Origin: Tubiluchus corallicola
Taxonomy: Eukaryota > Animalia > Priapulida
Direction: 5' to 3'
DNA: 64,000 bases
NCBI GenBank assembly: GCA_030141605.1
Contig: JAQGDQ010000051.1
Location: forward strand, 704,628 to 768,627
In this document: in pieces, positions 12,821 through 26,800 of the stretch
Numbering within the stretch: the stretch's first letter is position 1
How the letters are laid out: the number at the start of each line of letters is the position of its first letter
Made by a program: the position numbers and the translations under genes
The notes under the pieces: model-generated
Seen by the model: only the letters and a program-made list of their open reading frames with translations
Told to the model about the DNA's origin: nothing
The model's database searches: none

Positions 12821-14162
12821 AAGAGTCTTCCATTGGAAATCTATCCCTTAGAGAAAGTTAGCTAAAAAAACACTGAGAAATTAATCTATAAACTGTAGAG
12901 AGTAATTGTCTACAGCCAACTAACTTCAATACAATAAAAATCAAAACAATGTTGTGTTAACAAAATGGAAATTCACGAATAGAAATTCCTAGTGGAAATT
13001 TGAAAAAAGTCCAAAACAAGTCCGAAAAAAGCAGAGGCTTTATTGAACTGAAAAAAGAAGGGGCAGTCAGCAGTCCAAACAATCCAGCTAAGGGTATGAG
13101 AGAGCAGATTTGTGGCAGCATGTGAGTGAGGGACATTTGAGAACATTTTTCATTTGACTTATAAGTCTTGCTTAATTGGTTTAAAGATCATTTAATAATT
13201 TTTTTCTTTACAGATAATGTAATTATTCCGAAATAATAACATAAAAGGTGTTAACATTCAGAATGGTTGCCAAGGTAGAAAACTTATAATCAGTCCATTA
13301 TTGTTTATTACTGTTATTACTACATGAAGACTACAAAAATGGATTTCTTGACCACTAAGGCTATAATCACAAGCTACACATGTGATAATAGAATCGCTGC
13401 CAGAAAACATGTTAGCTTGTTATTCTTATTTTCACATAAAAACTATAAACATGGATTTCTTTACGAAAAAGGCTATGGTCATATGCACCACATATGATAT
13501 TATGGCAATGGCAAATTACCAGCCCATCATTTCTAAAGCATTAAAAGTTATAACTATCCAACTGTTAGTCACACTTTTTTCAACTCCAAAAGTATTTATC
13601 CAACTGAGTTGCAATTTGGTAGTCTGATTAGTTAGGATGTCATTGGTTTCAAGACATAAACTGATTCACAATTAATTAATTTTAAATTATTTCAAACTGC
13701 AGAAGTGCATGGTACCAAAAATATTTGTAAGGCCTTGTTCATTTAATGGCCTTCAGCCAGTTCTTGTGCATGTTTTTTCTGTATTTATCCTCATAAATCT
13801 TGATGCTGGGGTATAAAATTATTAGATTTTTTATTTAATGCTGTTGTGCATACTGTTTAACAGTATGGTTATCAATAAATTTAACATAATGTTCATTCTT
13901 GATTAGCAATGGCAGAAAATGCCTCTGAACTTGTGTGATTGAATAAACTATGAAAGTTCAAATATTTGCATTCATGAACATTAAACAATACGTTGGAAGT
14001 AGAAAAATTTATAGGAAATGGGAAGGCTCTGATTAGTATCATACAACAATTAGAAAGGCTTTTGCTGGGACATCGATATGTAGTAGATGGAATGGAGATT
14101 TCAAGGAACTTGTGATGGCAATTTCTGTCACTTTAAATGTGTGTTTTATAGTTTCCACCTAC

Positions 14163-14329
14163 CTGATTAAAACAAGAGAAGTCTTCACAAGAAGTTGTTT
14201 AGGAGAAAAACCAACTGATACCACTTGTTTAGCACCTGGTTGTAAGGCCCAAACTAATGAGCGATTGCTGGCTTCTACACCATATGAATGCTGTAATTCT
14301 TCCCGCATGTCCTGTGAATGTCCTTTAGA
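14163..14329 (-). CDS. TMEM131: TMEM131-family exon
   Basis: tttcag|...|gtaggt; SKGHSQD...LQPGAKQVVSVGFSPKQLLVKTSLVLI(R). Confidence 0.9.
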
Positions 14330-14407
14330 CTGAAAAAATAACTGATTTACTAACATTCTCAAGTTGGTGCACAGGGATTTTCCAATAAATATATGAAACA
14401 TAGTACA

Positions 14408-16533
14408 CAAAGGAAGTAGACCTATGCCACGTTCCAGGCCAATAGTGAGCCATTTAATCAAAACATGCTCAAGATGTTGGAAATTATTGTGCATTGCACA
14501 AAGAAATTTTTCTAAACTAAAACTAAACAAATCAAATGAAGAAGCTGGAGATTCAAAATTCTTCTGTGTTGATGCAGTTACAATTAAAAAGCAGTTACAA
14601 TAACAATTATTATATACACAATACATGTACACAGCCAAAAAATAAGGTCATGTGTGCATACTCCCCATGAAATTTTCCCTTTGCCAGTACAATCCATGTA
14701 CAAAGTTCAATTGAAAGTCTCATCAGATGAATACTATAAAATCTTACTGGCTCTTAAACTAAAAATAAAAGTCAAGCGGGAAATAACACTTCAACCAGCT
14801 AATACTACTCATGAACAAAGTTTAATTGATTGGACTCAGATGCCTCACAAATATAGTGCAAAAACATTCATTGTCTAATCATGTCTAATATAAGTCAAAG
14901 TAAAGGTTAATGATGCCATATTTGTTAAATAATGATCCTTCTTCGCGTATAGTATAGATATACAAAAGTTGACAGATTTAAATGCAGAGGTCTCTGAAAT
15001 CAGTGGCGCATGTAGAGTTTTTAAACTTAAAAGTTTAACACCCCCCCCCCTACTGAAAATCCTTATGTAGGAAGATTTTACATTAGTAAAATTGAGCAGT
15101 GTTGACTCGCAGTTACGATAAAAAAAGTACTGCTGTAGGACCTCGGTTATTCGACAGTCCAATTCTGAAAAATCTAAAATGTCCACATAATCAGACTTAG
15201 CTAGTTTTGCTTAATCAATGGCTTAATTGGTCTTATCAATTTATCAAGGTTTAGCATATCGTGAATTAACTTTGAATCTCAAACTAGTTGAAAGTTTCCA
15301 CTTTAACGGCTTCATTAGTCAAAAGCTCTTTTAAGTTTTCAATGTGCAGTGTTACGGCAGCTCAGTGCAGTCAGCTAAGTACAGTCGCGTACCCCTATTC
15401 CATGCACTGCATCGCCTGATCATTTTGTCGCATTGTCCACTGTCCAGCAGGGTAGCTCGGGCAATTCTCATTTGGGCAAAGGTAGGCAATGTTCTTCTCA
15501 TTGCAATCGCATATTTTGTGCAATGTACTTTGAAGTAACGATTGGTGCAAAATTGGCAGACCTCTGCCTGGCGTTACTCACACTCTGACATTATCGTTAC
15601 TCGCACATTACAATTGCCGCAGACTTCTTAATTAATTTTTTTTCACAAAAGTTAAAAAGATTCTTCTCCAGAAAACAGCAAAAGCAAGAGAGATGAGCAT
15701 GTATGGAACATATCAATACACTTTATATTAGTACAGTATTAAGGTTAAGATGGATTAAAAACTATGAATTGCAGATTTTGTTTTCTAATCCGGATATGTT
15801 AGTCCTGATAACCCGTCAATATTCCGGATAATCAAGGTCACACTCTACTGAAAAAAATTTGTCTGTGAAAAGAATTCACTATACATGTTTCAATAGTTAT
15901 GATGCTCTAAAGGCTTCTTCAAATGTTAATGCAAGAAGAGCTCGATTATTTCATAGTTAACACTTTATGTGTAATGAGCAGAAACTTTAAACAACAACAA
16001 ACTCTGTTACAAATATTACAAAGACTTTAAATTACTACTTATTAACTTCCTTTGCCACAACTGTAGAAAATGAGTGTGTGTTTTGATAGAAAATTAAATT
16101 GTCAGGTGTTTTGCCTTTCTAGCATTATGGCGTAATCTGGCATAACCTATTTAGTGTATATGATCAAAGTTCTGCCCTCTGAAAAGTGTCACCTGGGGAG
16201 GGACACTCTCTTCCTCCATGGATTGTACTAGCAGTGGGAAAATTTCAATTAGAGTATGACACATGTAACCCTCTTTTTTGGCTGGGTACATTGAATGAGT
16301 TTTATGATAAGTGTTACTTATACATATAATATATGTATAAACCATATGCTTTTCAACTGCAATTGCATTAACGCAGAAGAATTTTGAATTTCCTTATCTT
16401 CCTTGTGTGATTTGCTTAGTTTGAATTTAGAAGAGTTTACATGTGCAATGGACAATAATTTTTTACATCTTAAACTTGTTTTGACTAAATGGCTCGCTAA
16501 TAGCCTGGAATATGGCATAGCTCTACTTGCTTT
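14408..16533. repeat. Long diverged inverted repeat (arms about 14408-14698 and 16217-16533)
   Basis: e.g. AAAGGAAGTAGACCTATGCCACGTTCCAGGCC versus the reverse complement AAAGCAAGTAGAGCTATGCCATATTCCAGGCT; colinear over about 300 bp. Confidence 0.85.
15131..15848. mobile_element. Degenerate pogo/Tigger-like MITE
   Basis: Imperfect TIRs GTAGGACCTCGGTTATTCG / CGGATAATCAAGGTCACAC. Confidence 0.4.
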
Positions 16534-16711
16534 ACCTACTATCTTTCTGCCACTGCCTGAGATGTAAATTCAAAATATTCAGACAGATACGTGTAGGTAA
16601 GGTCCCCAATATACCCTTGGTGTCCAATTTGTTTGGGCAAGTGTAATTAGTATATCCGAGTATTCTGGCTGACAAATCATAACAAGCAAACATTTAAAAA
16701 AATAGTATTAC

Positions 16712-16793
16712 CTTTTTATTTGCAAGATCCTGCAACGTGAATATTTCAGCATCTTCATGCTCTATCTCAACATTATCTGGCAAATTTGATGTC
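16712..16793 (-). CDS. TMEM131: TMEM131-family exon
   Basis: ttatag|...|gtaata; TSNLPDNVEIEHEDAEIFTLQDLANKK; phase 2 to 0 bridges the neighbouring exons. Confidence 0.8.
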
Positions 16794-16915
16794 CTATAAG
16801 AAAATGAAATATAAGTATTTCATTTTTAATATATATAATTATTACATTTACAATGTATTATATAACAAATTATATAATTATAAAATACAGCAATTATATT
16901 TAAATAATATTGTAA

Positions 16916-17250
16916 CTAGCCAAATCCTGCAAATGAATTTTATGCGTAAACCCACAATGACAACCTTCACCACAAACACCATACCATTCACACCTGAACA
17001 TCCACACCATGCCTTGCCATACCACACCACACTACATTCACAACATCCACCACATCAATAAACCACACTACACCACACCATACCATACTCACCACACCAC
17101 TCAAGATCACTGCTGTTGCCGCCAATGGTTATAATGATGGCAACAATGATAATGACAGAAATAACAACCACAGCAATAATAACAACAGCAGCATTATGAA
17201 ACCCTACAAAAAATATTTTGCACGTTCTCGAAACTGAGTGAAATTACTAA
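16916..17250 (-). mobile_element. Helitron 3' end, family B (CAC/GTG microsatellite, hairpin, CTAG)
   Basis: Reverse complement ends ...GCAGGATTTGGCTAG|T; spacer and microsatellite resemble the captured tail in the 34-40 kb array. Confidence 0.65.
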
Positions 17251-17999
17251 TGCTTTTAGACCCATCCACTGATGTCCATTAATGCATGAACATTTTTAAT
17301 GGTCTTTGCTTGCTGACCTTTTAGTTGTGGTAGTAGGGTAACAGATATCACTTACATATTATAACAGCCAGCAGTTTAATAAAATAAGCAAAGTAACATT
17401 CAAAATACAATGTGATAACATTACATAGCTGTTTTTAAGGGAAAATCACCCAATATAAACCTGCAATAAACTCGTAGCAATTCCTCCTAGTGGAGGCATC
17501 CCAGAAAAAGGCAGGTATATTTACTAGCACACAGGCTGTAAATTACAAACACAACTTAATGTTGCATCAAAATATTGAAAAATTCTTTTCGACGCTACGT
17601 AAAATTGTTACCATAAATAATGCAACTTTTGCATCCATGCACCAACAGCCAACTGTTTAGATCGCTGCAACTGAGTTCAATTGGGCTACTTGCGTAATTG
17701 TATGTACATAGCTGTGCACGTGCAAATAAAGCCATGTAGTCTTTCGCAGCAAAGTTTAGCCGAAAGAAAGTATACATACGTTTGTTGCATGTAGTGGCCA
17801 GATCCTGCTGAATATAGTTTTGACTGAACATCACAGTCATTCATATTTCTCATAGATAATATTTCAAAATTGGACTAATGCATTCAGTAATCAGCAAGCT
17901 GGATTTTGATAGTACTCTGTTGCATAAGTTGTTGAAACTGATATACTCCAGTTGGTTTGCAAGGTAGTAATTGCGATAACTGAGCCATTAATTACTAAA

Positions 18000-18720
18000 T
18001 AACATGACGAATTTATTCAAGTGAGTGAATCATTGCCATCGGCTGCAATTCAGGAGTTCCAGGAAAAATGCGATAAATTAGAGAACTGCATTAATCAACT
18101 CGAGCAATAATCTCGAAGAAACAATCTCAGGCTGTCTAGGGTATCTGAAAATATCACCACTAAAGTAGTCTCATATTTCACTGACATACTTGACCTATTA
18201 GATCTAAGTTCTATGGACATTGCAATGTCTCACAGGCTTGGAGGTAAAAGCTCCGACTTGGAAAAGAGACCACCATGTCCAATTTTGGAGCAGTTTTTGA
18301 ATCCGGAAAAAAGAATCAAGTTGTTACTGCTGCCAAAGAACTTGTAAAGTCATGCTGGAATAAAAAAAGCATTCTGCCTCCTGTCATTATCCATCAAGAC
18401 TTCATCCAGAGTAAACTCGCAAATGTGAATGACTTTGCGAGTTCTCTCAGCAAGTTATTGCAAACTTTCCAAGAGTTGCTGAGAGTTCTCTCACGAGTTT
18501 CTTGCAGACAAGCTCTATTTATTGACAGAACACTCCGAGAGAAAACTTTCTAGTCTGAATGCGTCATAACACAGACATTTTGAATCAGGCCACTTCATTT
18601 CAGGAAATGGAAAAATCAAAGGTGCCTGGACTATGGATAGCAGAATATTTATCCGAAGCCTAAACAATAAAAAGCATCAAGTGGTTTGGCTCACAGAATT
18701 GGACAGATAACTCCTAACGA
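18000..18720 (+). pseudogene. LINE ORF1 remnant (CR1/L2-group, coiled coil plus RRM-like)
   Basis: LEQ*SRRNNLRLSRV, DIAMSHRLG, KIKGAWTMDSRIFI motifs with stops and frameshifts. Confidence 0.7.
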
Positions 18721-19406
18721 TCAACAAAAAAGAAATGAAGGGGAAGAAGTAACTGTTGTTAATTATGCACAAAAAATCACAAAAACAAGTGCAAAGCCCA
18801 AAGCCTGTATGGTTTAGCAAGAGGACTCCACACAGCAGTTAAATGAAAAACCATGGCTTAGTACATTTATTTCATTCACACCTTTTCATTTTTATATTTT
18901 TACGTTCATTATCTCTATAAACTGAATAAGTCCAAGCTTGACTTAAATTGTATAGCAATTATATTTTTGTTTCAGAACATACCTATTATAATATAATTCA
19001 TTTCAGCTTTGGTCATAACAAGTATTATACAATACCCATCTTGTTTGAGGCCTGCAGTTGATTGCTACGTTAAAGGAAAAAATTACATTGTTCATCACTT
19101 CATGTTTTACCTGGAATTTGATCCCAACAAATAGGTTACTTCATTATTTTTTGTACTGGCAAACTATTTTTACAATTTCTTTCACCAATAACCTTTAACC
19201 GTCTGCCAATAAGCACAACACTGAACTATAAGTCACTGTTCAATGCTAGAATCACCTCCTAAATCACTTCACTTCATTTGCCAATGTACTCTAAATGCAG
19301 CATTGAGTTATACTTTACTGCATAACTGTAAACACAGACACCAGCATTGAATTATACATTACTGTTCAACAAATTATCTATCTAGATATCTGTTGCCATT
19401 ATTTAT

Positions 19407-19478
19407 ACATACATACATACATACATACATACTCACATATATGCGTACATGCATACATACATACATACATACATACAT
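19407..19478. repeat. (CATA)n microsatellite
   Basis: Direct inspection. Confidence 0.9.
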
Positions 19479-20502
19479 AATATAAATTATCGTAAGCTTA
19501 CATAAAATACTATAAGTTTATTGATTTTCTTATTATTTTGGTTGGCATGTTTCACATTTTAGTTCATGTATATACATATTTTCGCAAATAATCTGGTCTC
19601 TAATTACATTTATCAGCATTTAATCTTGAGTAAAAAATGATTGAATTTTAATCTTTAATGTGTTAGATATACAGATATACGATATACTTGTTTAACTGTG
19701 TACACAACTTAGTGTTTGTTTTACTCAAAACAGGGAACAATGAACGACTGTAAATACTCCATCTGTAAATACTTAGTGCATCTGCAATGTGAAAATGTTT
19801 AAATTTAATGTAACATTGTAATATTCACAGTTGAACCTTAGTACTCAAAACAAAATTTTTAGGGATGGTGTGTTAACAGTAAGGGTTTGTCCCAAAATCG
19901 TACACAAACCTGCAAGGCTAATGCTGTACGGTTGTTTATGTTTCCTGAACAATCTTATATGTTTTGGTTTTGTATTTAAATTCTTTTTTTCTGTGAAAAC
20001 ATGTCCCTAAGGCATTATTTCCACTAGGCATTGTGTTAGGTCAGACCATCGTCAAATGTCAAGACCTAGAGTATATAGTATATTCACTTAGTTTTTTCTT
20101 GTATATCGATGCAGAGCAGCTGGTATAAAAAACAGTTCAGGCATTAAAAAGGGTAAAGCAGAGAACAGACAGAAAAGAGGCAAAGTGGAGAGAGAGGGCT
20201 GCCTCTAAGATTTTGCATAAAGTGAACCATAACTTTCTTGTCACTGTTTTGGACTTGCAAACAAATTATTTTCCCTGTCGAAGCATTTGGCAAAATAAAT
20301 GAAAACCATTCTTCCTCAAGACTGCAGCTCTAAAATAGTTTCTGTTAATTCATGACACCACACTATACGATCGATTTAAAAGAAAGCTGCAATATGCAGA
20401 ACAGAACAACACTTGAATGGTCACTGAGGCCATTATAAAGAACTTATTAGCTCCTAAAAACAATTTTTTTCATCTCAGTGCTTATTTAATTTGCTCACTT
20501 AC

Positions 20503-20612
20503 ATTTTGCTGAGTGCTGATAGTAGATTCTCAGGACTTGGATAATATGGTAACATAAGAACTTGTACAACAACAGGATAGTCAGCTGAATTTTCTAACAT
20601 GAAAGACAAAAC
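20503..20612 (-). CDS. TMEM131: TMEM131-family exon
   Basis: tttcag|...|gtaagt; VLSFMLENSADYPVVVQVLMLPYYPSPENLLSALSK. Confidence 0.9.
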
Positions 20613-20734
20613 CTGAAAAACACACAATTGTGTAAAAAACAAATAAACTAGATCAGGCATGACAGATGAGCACACAAACCCATAAATTATTGACCACTAT
20701 TACTAATATTCATATCATGTTATGCAATACGTAC

Positions 20735-20870
20735 AGAAGTGTTTCCAATCTGAGTGAGAGGAAACTGAAGCCGTGTTGTATTGACTAGAGTAGGCCAGAT
20801 GAGGTATGCTTGTGCAGTAAGTAAGAATTCCTTTACATCACTGGTGTCTAGCTGCAGAGTCTCATTTACA
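20735..20870 (-). CDS. TMEM131: TMEM131-family exon
   Basis: tttcag|...|gtacgt; VNETLQLDTSDVK...AYLIWPTLVNTTRLQFPLTQIGNTS. Confidence 0.9.
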
Positions 20871-21144
20871 CTGAAAATATTTTTACATAAATCATATAAT
20901 AACTGTATAGAAACAGCATATCCAAAACATACACTATTGACAAAAAAGAGTCGCTTATGTATAACTGCAAAATGCAAAGCATGAAACATTCACATAAGAA
21001 TTACATGTTATATGGCAAAGGTCTGGATGCAAATTAGTTGGACTAAAAAGCAGAGTAATAGACGGCTTACACAGAACTAAAAATTGGCTTTATAATCTAT
21101 ACAAAATGCAAGACAATATGACACAAAAACAATGAAATACTTAC

Positions 21145-21262
21145 ACATTATGACCTGCTTCAAGCAGACGATGCCATCGTGTATGCAGTTTGTTGTATAA
21201 AAATATGTCTGTTTCATGAACATCTTCAAATAAACTGAGACCCTGTAACCACTGTTGTCCAG
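21145..21262 (-). CDS. TMEM131: TMEM131-family exon
   Basis: ttccag|...|gtaagt; (A)GQQWLQGLSLFEDVHETDIFLYNKLHTRWHRLLEAGHN; phase 1 to 2. Confidence 0.85.
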
Positions 21263-22309
21263 CTGGAAAACAGAATACAACACTTAACTGAAGATACCTA
21301 CTTCATTAAGACAATAGTTATGACTTCACAAAAAATTACAGCTGCAAGTGCAAAGACGTGGCATGTTTTCAACAAGCACTAAGACTGAAAATGCCAGCAT
21401 TTCGACTACAGTTCAGGTATTTATTACCAACTATATCATGTTTCACAACAAAATCAGTTATCATTAACCATTTGACTGCAGAACCACAATAATGCCATCA
21501 ACCCTTGTGCATGGTGTGTGGTAAAAACTAGATGCTGGCATAGATGTTCGGCATTGTTCTATCAATATCCCACCTGATTAATGGGATAAATGTAACTCAA
21601 TCACCAGCGACCACACACACCAGCACGGACCCAACATCTACAACTACATTCAGGACTACAGGCCAACAAAATATTCAGGACAACCCCGTTACATTGCAGC
21701 TATGTGGCACCTACATTTTAACAAAAAAATTTAGCAAAGTGCACAATATTCGGAAACTTCAACTTGAGGTCCTCGGAAGAAGTTTCAATCCCTAAGACAC
21801 CATCCAGTAGCAATGAAACTCCTGAGACACCAAATAAATGAGGAACCACATTGCACATAAACTAGACTGTGAACAAGCTACAACAAGCACACACACTTGC
21901 CTTATGCTTACAACTACATAGCGAACATAACAGTTAGCCTATCATTCTAGCAACAAAAAATGTAAATTTACAGCACATAAACTGAAAAAACATTGATCAG
22001 TCAGTTCCCTGACTTATGATATGACAATTTCAACAAGAAAACGTTAGCAATCAAGTTCTGACCCTCCAAACACAAGACAGATAAACTACAGTCGATTACT
22101 TACCACTATATTACTGGACAATGCAAAAGTTTATCAACAAAAGAACAACTATACATTTCACTTAAGTTCAAGAATACTATACATTTCAAAATGCACAACT
22201 TACACACTTCACCCTGGTTTACTTCTATACACTTCAATTTTTGTTTAATCAACTATACACAAATATAAAGCGGAGTTTTGTAACTATCTAATCAACGTTA
22301 CGCTATAAT

Positions 22310-22720
22310 AATAATGATGATATAATGTACTTATTTATAAAGCACTCTTTCAATAAATTTTTTTTCAAAGATGCTGTACAATTAAAAATATTTAGATAAA
22401 ATACTAAAAACTATAACACAATTAGACCTATCTAAAACCTCTAATTTCAATTGATAGCTTATTCCAACATTGCGGCACAATTCTTGAAAATCCTAAATCA
22501 GCAAAGACTTTGTTTTTATTAAAAGGTACAAGACGTTCAAATTAATTTGCTTTGCTAGCTCGTATGTTCCTGCTATATACGTGAAAATACAGACGGTCAG
22601 CCAAGTAAGTTGGAGCCAGTCCATGTCATGCTTTGTAGGCTAAAACTAATATTTTAAAAGTACACCAACACCCGAGTGGTAGCCAATGAAGACTATGCAA
22701 AGCATTTGGTGCACTATCAA
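22310..22720 (-). mobile_element. L2-clade LINE 3' fragment
   Basis: LHSLHWLPLGCWCTFKILVLAYKA*HGLAPTYL; L2-like 3' UTR and (ATT)n-type tail. Confidence 0.8.
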
Positions 22721-23529
22721 GTTTTGTAACACCTGTTGCAACTTTGGCAGCCCAGTTTCGCACCCATTGCATTGACTTCAAGGTGCACTCTAACATGGCA
22801 TTTACCTAGGATCCGGAATGCAATATGCGTTGCCCGGCTGCAGAATAGCTGCTGAATAAAAATCAAGAGGAAATAGCTGCAGAAAAAATAACGCATAACA
22901 CAGGCCTGATAAAGAGGGGTACATTGAAAACAAGATAAACTGATTTTATCTATTCCGCATCCGCATAATGCATACGCATTCCAGATGCTAGGTAAATGCC
23001 ACTTAAGGACCCACAAATAATGAATTTGCACAATCAAAGTTTGATCAAACAAGAGAAGTCACGATTCATTGCATTGAATGATTAGTTAAATACCTTCTTA
23101 ATTTTCTAATTCGATGTAAGTTACCACCTGCCTTTTAACACTTATAATGCACGTGAGCCACCGATCAATACGACAGAGCAGCCTGAGATTTTCCTCCTAA
23201 TATCAACACAATCTAACAGTGCCACCTGTACCCATGACAGTAGGAGATACTTATGATATCAATCATTAACCTTTGCTGACTGTAATTTTTGCTGATTATA
23301 ATTTTTTTCTTACTTGATTTTAAAGGCTAGTGGACAAATTGAAACTTTGATATTGCACTCTGACAACTCTGATTTTTTAAACTCTGACAGCATTCACATT
23401 TCACAAGAAGGGCAAGCAACCCAGGCTTACTCTTGCCATACCTTAACATACATATCAATAATGCTCTACCAGGAAACATAAAATTCAACAAAAAAATATT
23501 GAATCTACATTGATGCCAAATCTAGCATT

Positions 23530-23870
23530 ACATAATAATAACAATAATTTAATAACTTATTTGATATTTATTGTGCTAAAACATGTTAAAATGGACTATA
23601 GCACTTCACAGTTTATAAAACACAAAACAGAAAAAAGCACACTTCGTTATCGATAAAATTGTAAATTTGTTGTGCTAAGACATAATACTGCATAGTAAAA
23701 ACAGTAATTAGTTCCAGTATAATCAAGTAAAGAAAATTACAATCAGCATAAGTTACAGTCAGCAAAAATTAGAGGTTCTTAAAGTTTTACAGCCTTCAAG
23801 AGATGCCAAAAGCTTCTTGGAAAAGCTATGTTTTGATGGCTTGTTCATATTTGGAAATATTTATTTCCTG
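23530..23870 (-). mobile_element. L2-like LINE 3' end, split by the P element (other piece about 27188-27240)
   Basis: Joining the flanks with one TSD copy gives LVAANLWNRLPELIYQEINISKYEQAIKT*LFQEAF in frame. Confidence 0.7.
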
Positions 23871-26800
23871 CAAGGACTACTATACTACAGGACGTGCAGG
23901 CTGAAATCTCTGATTCGGCTAGCGGAGGCGATCAATACTTGCATGAACGTAATCTATAAATAGTGCGCTTTAGAGAGTAGTGATCTTTTAAATTAAAGAA
24001 TTGGCGGATCGGTAGATCGCGAGTATTATTTTTCATTTAATTGGTTCTTTACATTACGGGAGAAAAGTACCAATTGTTTATTTTATGTATCAAAGGAAAT
24101 TAGTGTTCATTTTTACTTCTTAAATAGCGCACTACTTTAGGCGTAAGTGTGTTTTACCGGAAGTAGTGCTTTGTCATTGTTAATGTGTCTGCTTGTGTTT
24201 GTTTGTTTGTGGATTATTTTCAAAATTTCTGGTGGATTTTATACATCTGTGCTCAGCAGCATGCCTAACAAGTGTGGTGTTGTTAAATGCAAAGGTAACT
24301 ATGACACGGAGAACAAGTGTCGTGTGTTCAGACTGCCAAGAGATCATGTAGAAAAACAGAAATGGCTAAGTGTTCTTCCCCCCACGCGAAGGCTTTGTTG
24401 TTGATCCAACGAAATTTTTCATTTGCGAAAAGCATTGGCCATCGGATACTCAAATGGTCAAAATTCCAGGTGATCACACCAGGCCAGTGGATCCACCCAG
24501 TATTTTCAACGTTCCAACATCATGCTTGCCCACTCCAAAGCCACCACCTCGCCCTCCAAAAACTGAGGACCAGCAGCTGAATTATTTCTTTAAAAAGGAT
24601 AAAATAACTTCTCTCAATGAATTCACTCCTGAGAAAGACTTGCATAAGACGTATCAGAACCTCATTATATCTCGCACACAAGACAAATTTGTGTGCATGT
24701 TCATGGAAGAGGACCACAGTCAATGTTATATGTCAATTATTGTTCACAATAAGCCTACCTTGTGTTCCCCTCTTACTCTATATGCTTTCAAAAACGGGAT
24801 CAGTGTGCCATTAAGTAAAATCCTCAGTCCGAACAATGGGCTGTCCTCTTACTCACAATTTTTCGCGGTTGTGAATTCTGTTGTCAACCACATTCATCAT
24901 GTTGATGATATTGTCAACAAAGTGACACAGTCTCTTGAACTTGAACTAGCTCAAAATCGAGAACAATCTCCTAGTGTTAATGCTAAAGCCAAGAAGCTCA
25001 AATTTCTAACACGACAGCTTCGACTATTATGTGATAAGACTTTCACAGTGTCTGATTATTGCTTTGCAATAGAGTCTTTTCCCCATTGCAATTACGAACA
25101 ACTGCGTGACTTTTTAGTGTTACCCAGCAAAAGAAAGCTACAGTCAGTTATTTCATCGACAGATATTGACAAGGTGCTAGGTAAAACATTTCAGAAAGTG
25201 AAAAGCTCTGAGCAGAAACACTGTATGCTATTGGTGGATGAAGTGAAAATACGCCCAACAGTGGCTTTTTCAGGGGGCGTGCTAAATGGCATGGCAAAAA
25301 ATGAGCCAGACAGTAAAGCTACATCAATGCTATGTGTGATGGCTAAATGTCTACATGGTGGCCCCAGCGTGATGATATCAGTGACCCCCGTTCACAAGCT
25401 GACTGCTGCATATCAATTCTCTGTCGTGAAGGAGGCTGCTACAGTGGTTGAGAATTCGGGAGGAACTGTTTTAGGGTCCATGACGGACAACCACAAGATC
25501 AACCAACAACACTGCAAATTGTTTACCAGACGAACAGACTGGGAGGCTGAACATCCCCTGGAGAATACACGAGTGTGGTTCCTGTTGTATGATACCGTCC
25601 ACATTCTGAAATGTATCAGGAACAACTGGATCACGGAGAAATGTCAGAGATTATCGTTTGACAAGAAAACTGTTGGCTCATTTGCTGAAGTAAAAAGTCT
25701 TTACAAAGCTGAGAAAGACAATGTGCTGAAGTCAACACCTTTGACATATTCTGCAGTCTTCCCATCGAAACTTCAGCTCCAGAATGTGCAACATGTCCTG
25801 AGGGTGTTCAACGATCATGTCGTTGCATCGCTGAGACTTCGAGGAGCCCAGGACACTGCAGAATTCATTCAGCAAGTGCTACGCTGGTGGAATGTGGTAA
25901 ATGTTTCTGCCAGAGGTCAAGACACGAGGATGAGAGACCCTGATCGATCTGTTCAACAAGATACATCTGATACTCTTCAGTCGTTGTTGACTCTGTTTAA
26001 GCAAACCGAATCAGGACACGGACCAAATAGAATTGAATGCCTGACACATGATACGCGAAAAGCTTTGATTCAGACCACGGAGGGACTCCTTGCAATCTGT
26101 AGGCACTTGTTTTCTGTTGGATTTCACTACGTATTATTGCGTGAACTTCAGAGTGACAGAATAGAGAGTGAGTTCTCAGTTTACAGGCAGTCAAGGGGGG
26201 CCAATGCATTCATGCAAGCTGGAGATGTCTGTTCAGCATTCAAGCGGAGACTGGCGCGTTTCTCTGCATCATTCCTGGAGTTTGTGGACACAGACACATC
26301 ATCCGAAAGCCAGTTGCACACATGCAACGGGATTGATTTCAAGGATGCCAAAATTATGGAGATTTGTGTTGACGAGACTCTTTCCAAAACTTAACTGAAC
26401 GCGTGTGCATATGTCGCAGGTTGGTTGGAGAGTAAGTGCCAAAATGACATTTCTTTTCCCGAGGATGAGCCTCTCCTTTCTGAGGAAATGAAAATGTTCA
26501 TTAAGAAGTGTCTAGGGGAGGTCTTACAGTGTCCCACACATTCACGTTCGAATTCGTAACAACTGGCTTGTGTTTTGTGAAGAAGTCAACTCACACAGTC
26601 TGCTGCCGCAACAAGCTCATGAACATCCTCTCCATAATCAATGCCTACTTTGATTTTGGAGAATTTTCAAGAAATGCTCTGAGACGCCTGGCGAATGTAC
26701 TGCTGCATAGACTACACAATTTGGAGAAGGATCACCAGCAGAACTCAGCCCTTTACCAGACCTCCATTAAGAAGGCACGACTAGCCGACTAATTGTCGCA

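Noticed and set aside
21716-21823. Candidate extra minus-strand exon
   Set aside because: It has an in-frame stop in the required phase; 21145-21262 already bridges the neighbouring exons.
24375-24390. Programmed frameshift at the C run in the THAP domain
   Set aside because: No precedent that I know of in P elements, and other lesions are present; mutation or homopolymer error is simpler.
24370-26394. 674-aa ORF as an intact or domesticated THAP9-like gene
   Set aside because: It lacks the THAP N-terminal half and the C-terminus because of lesions, and it sits within TIRs and a TSD.
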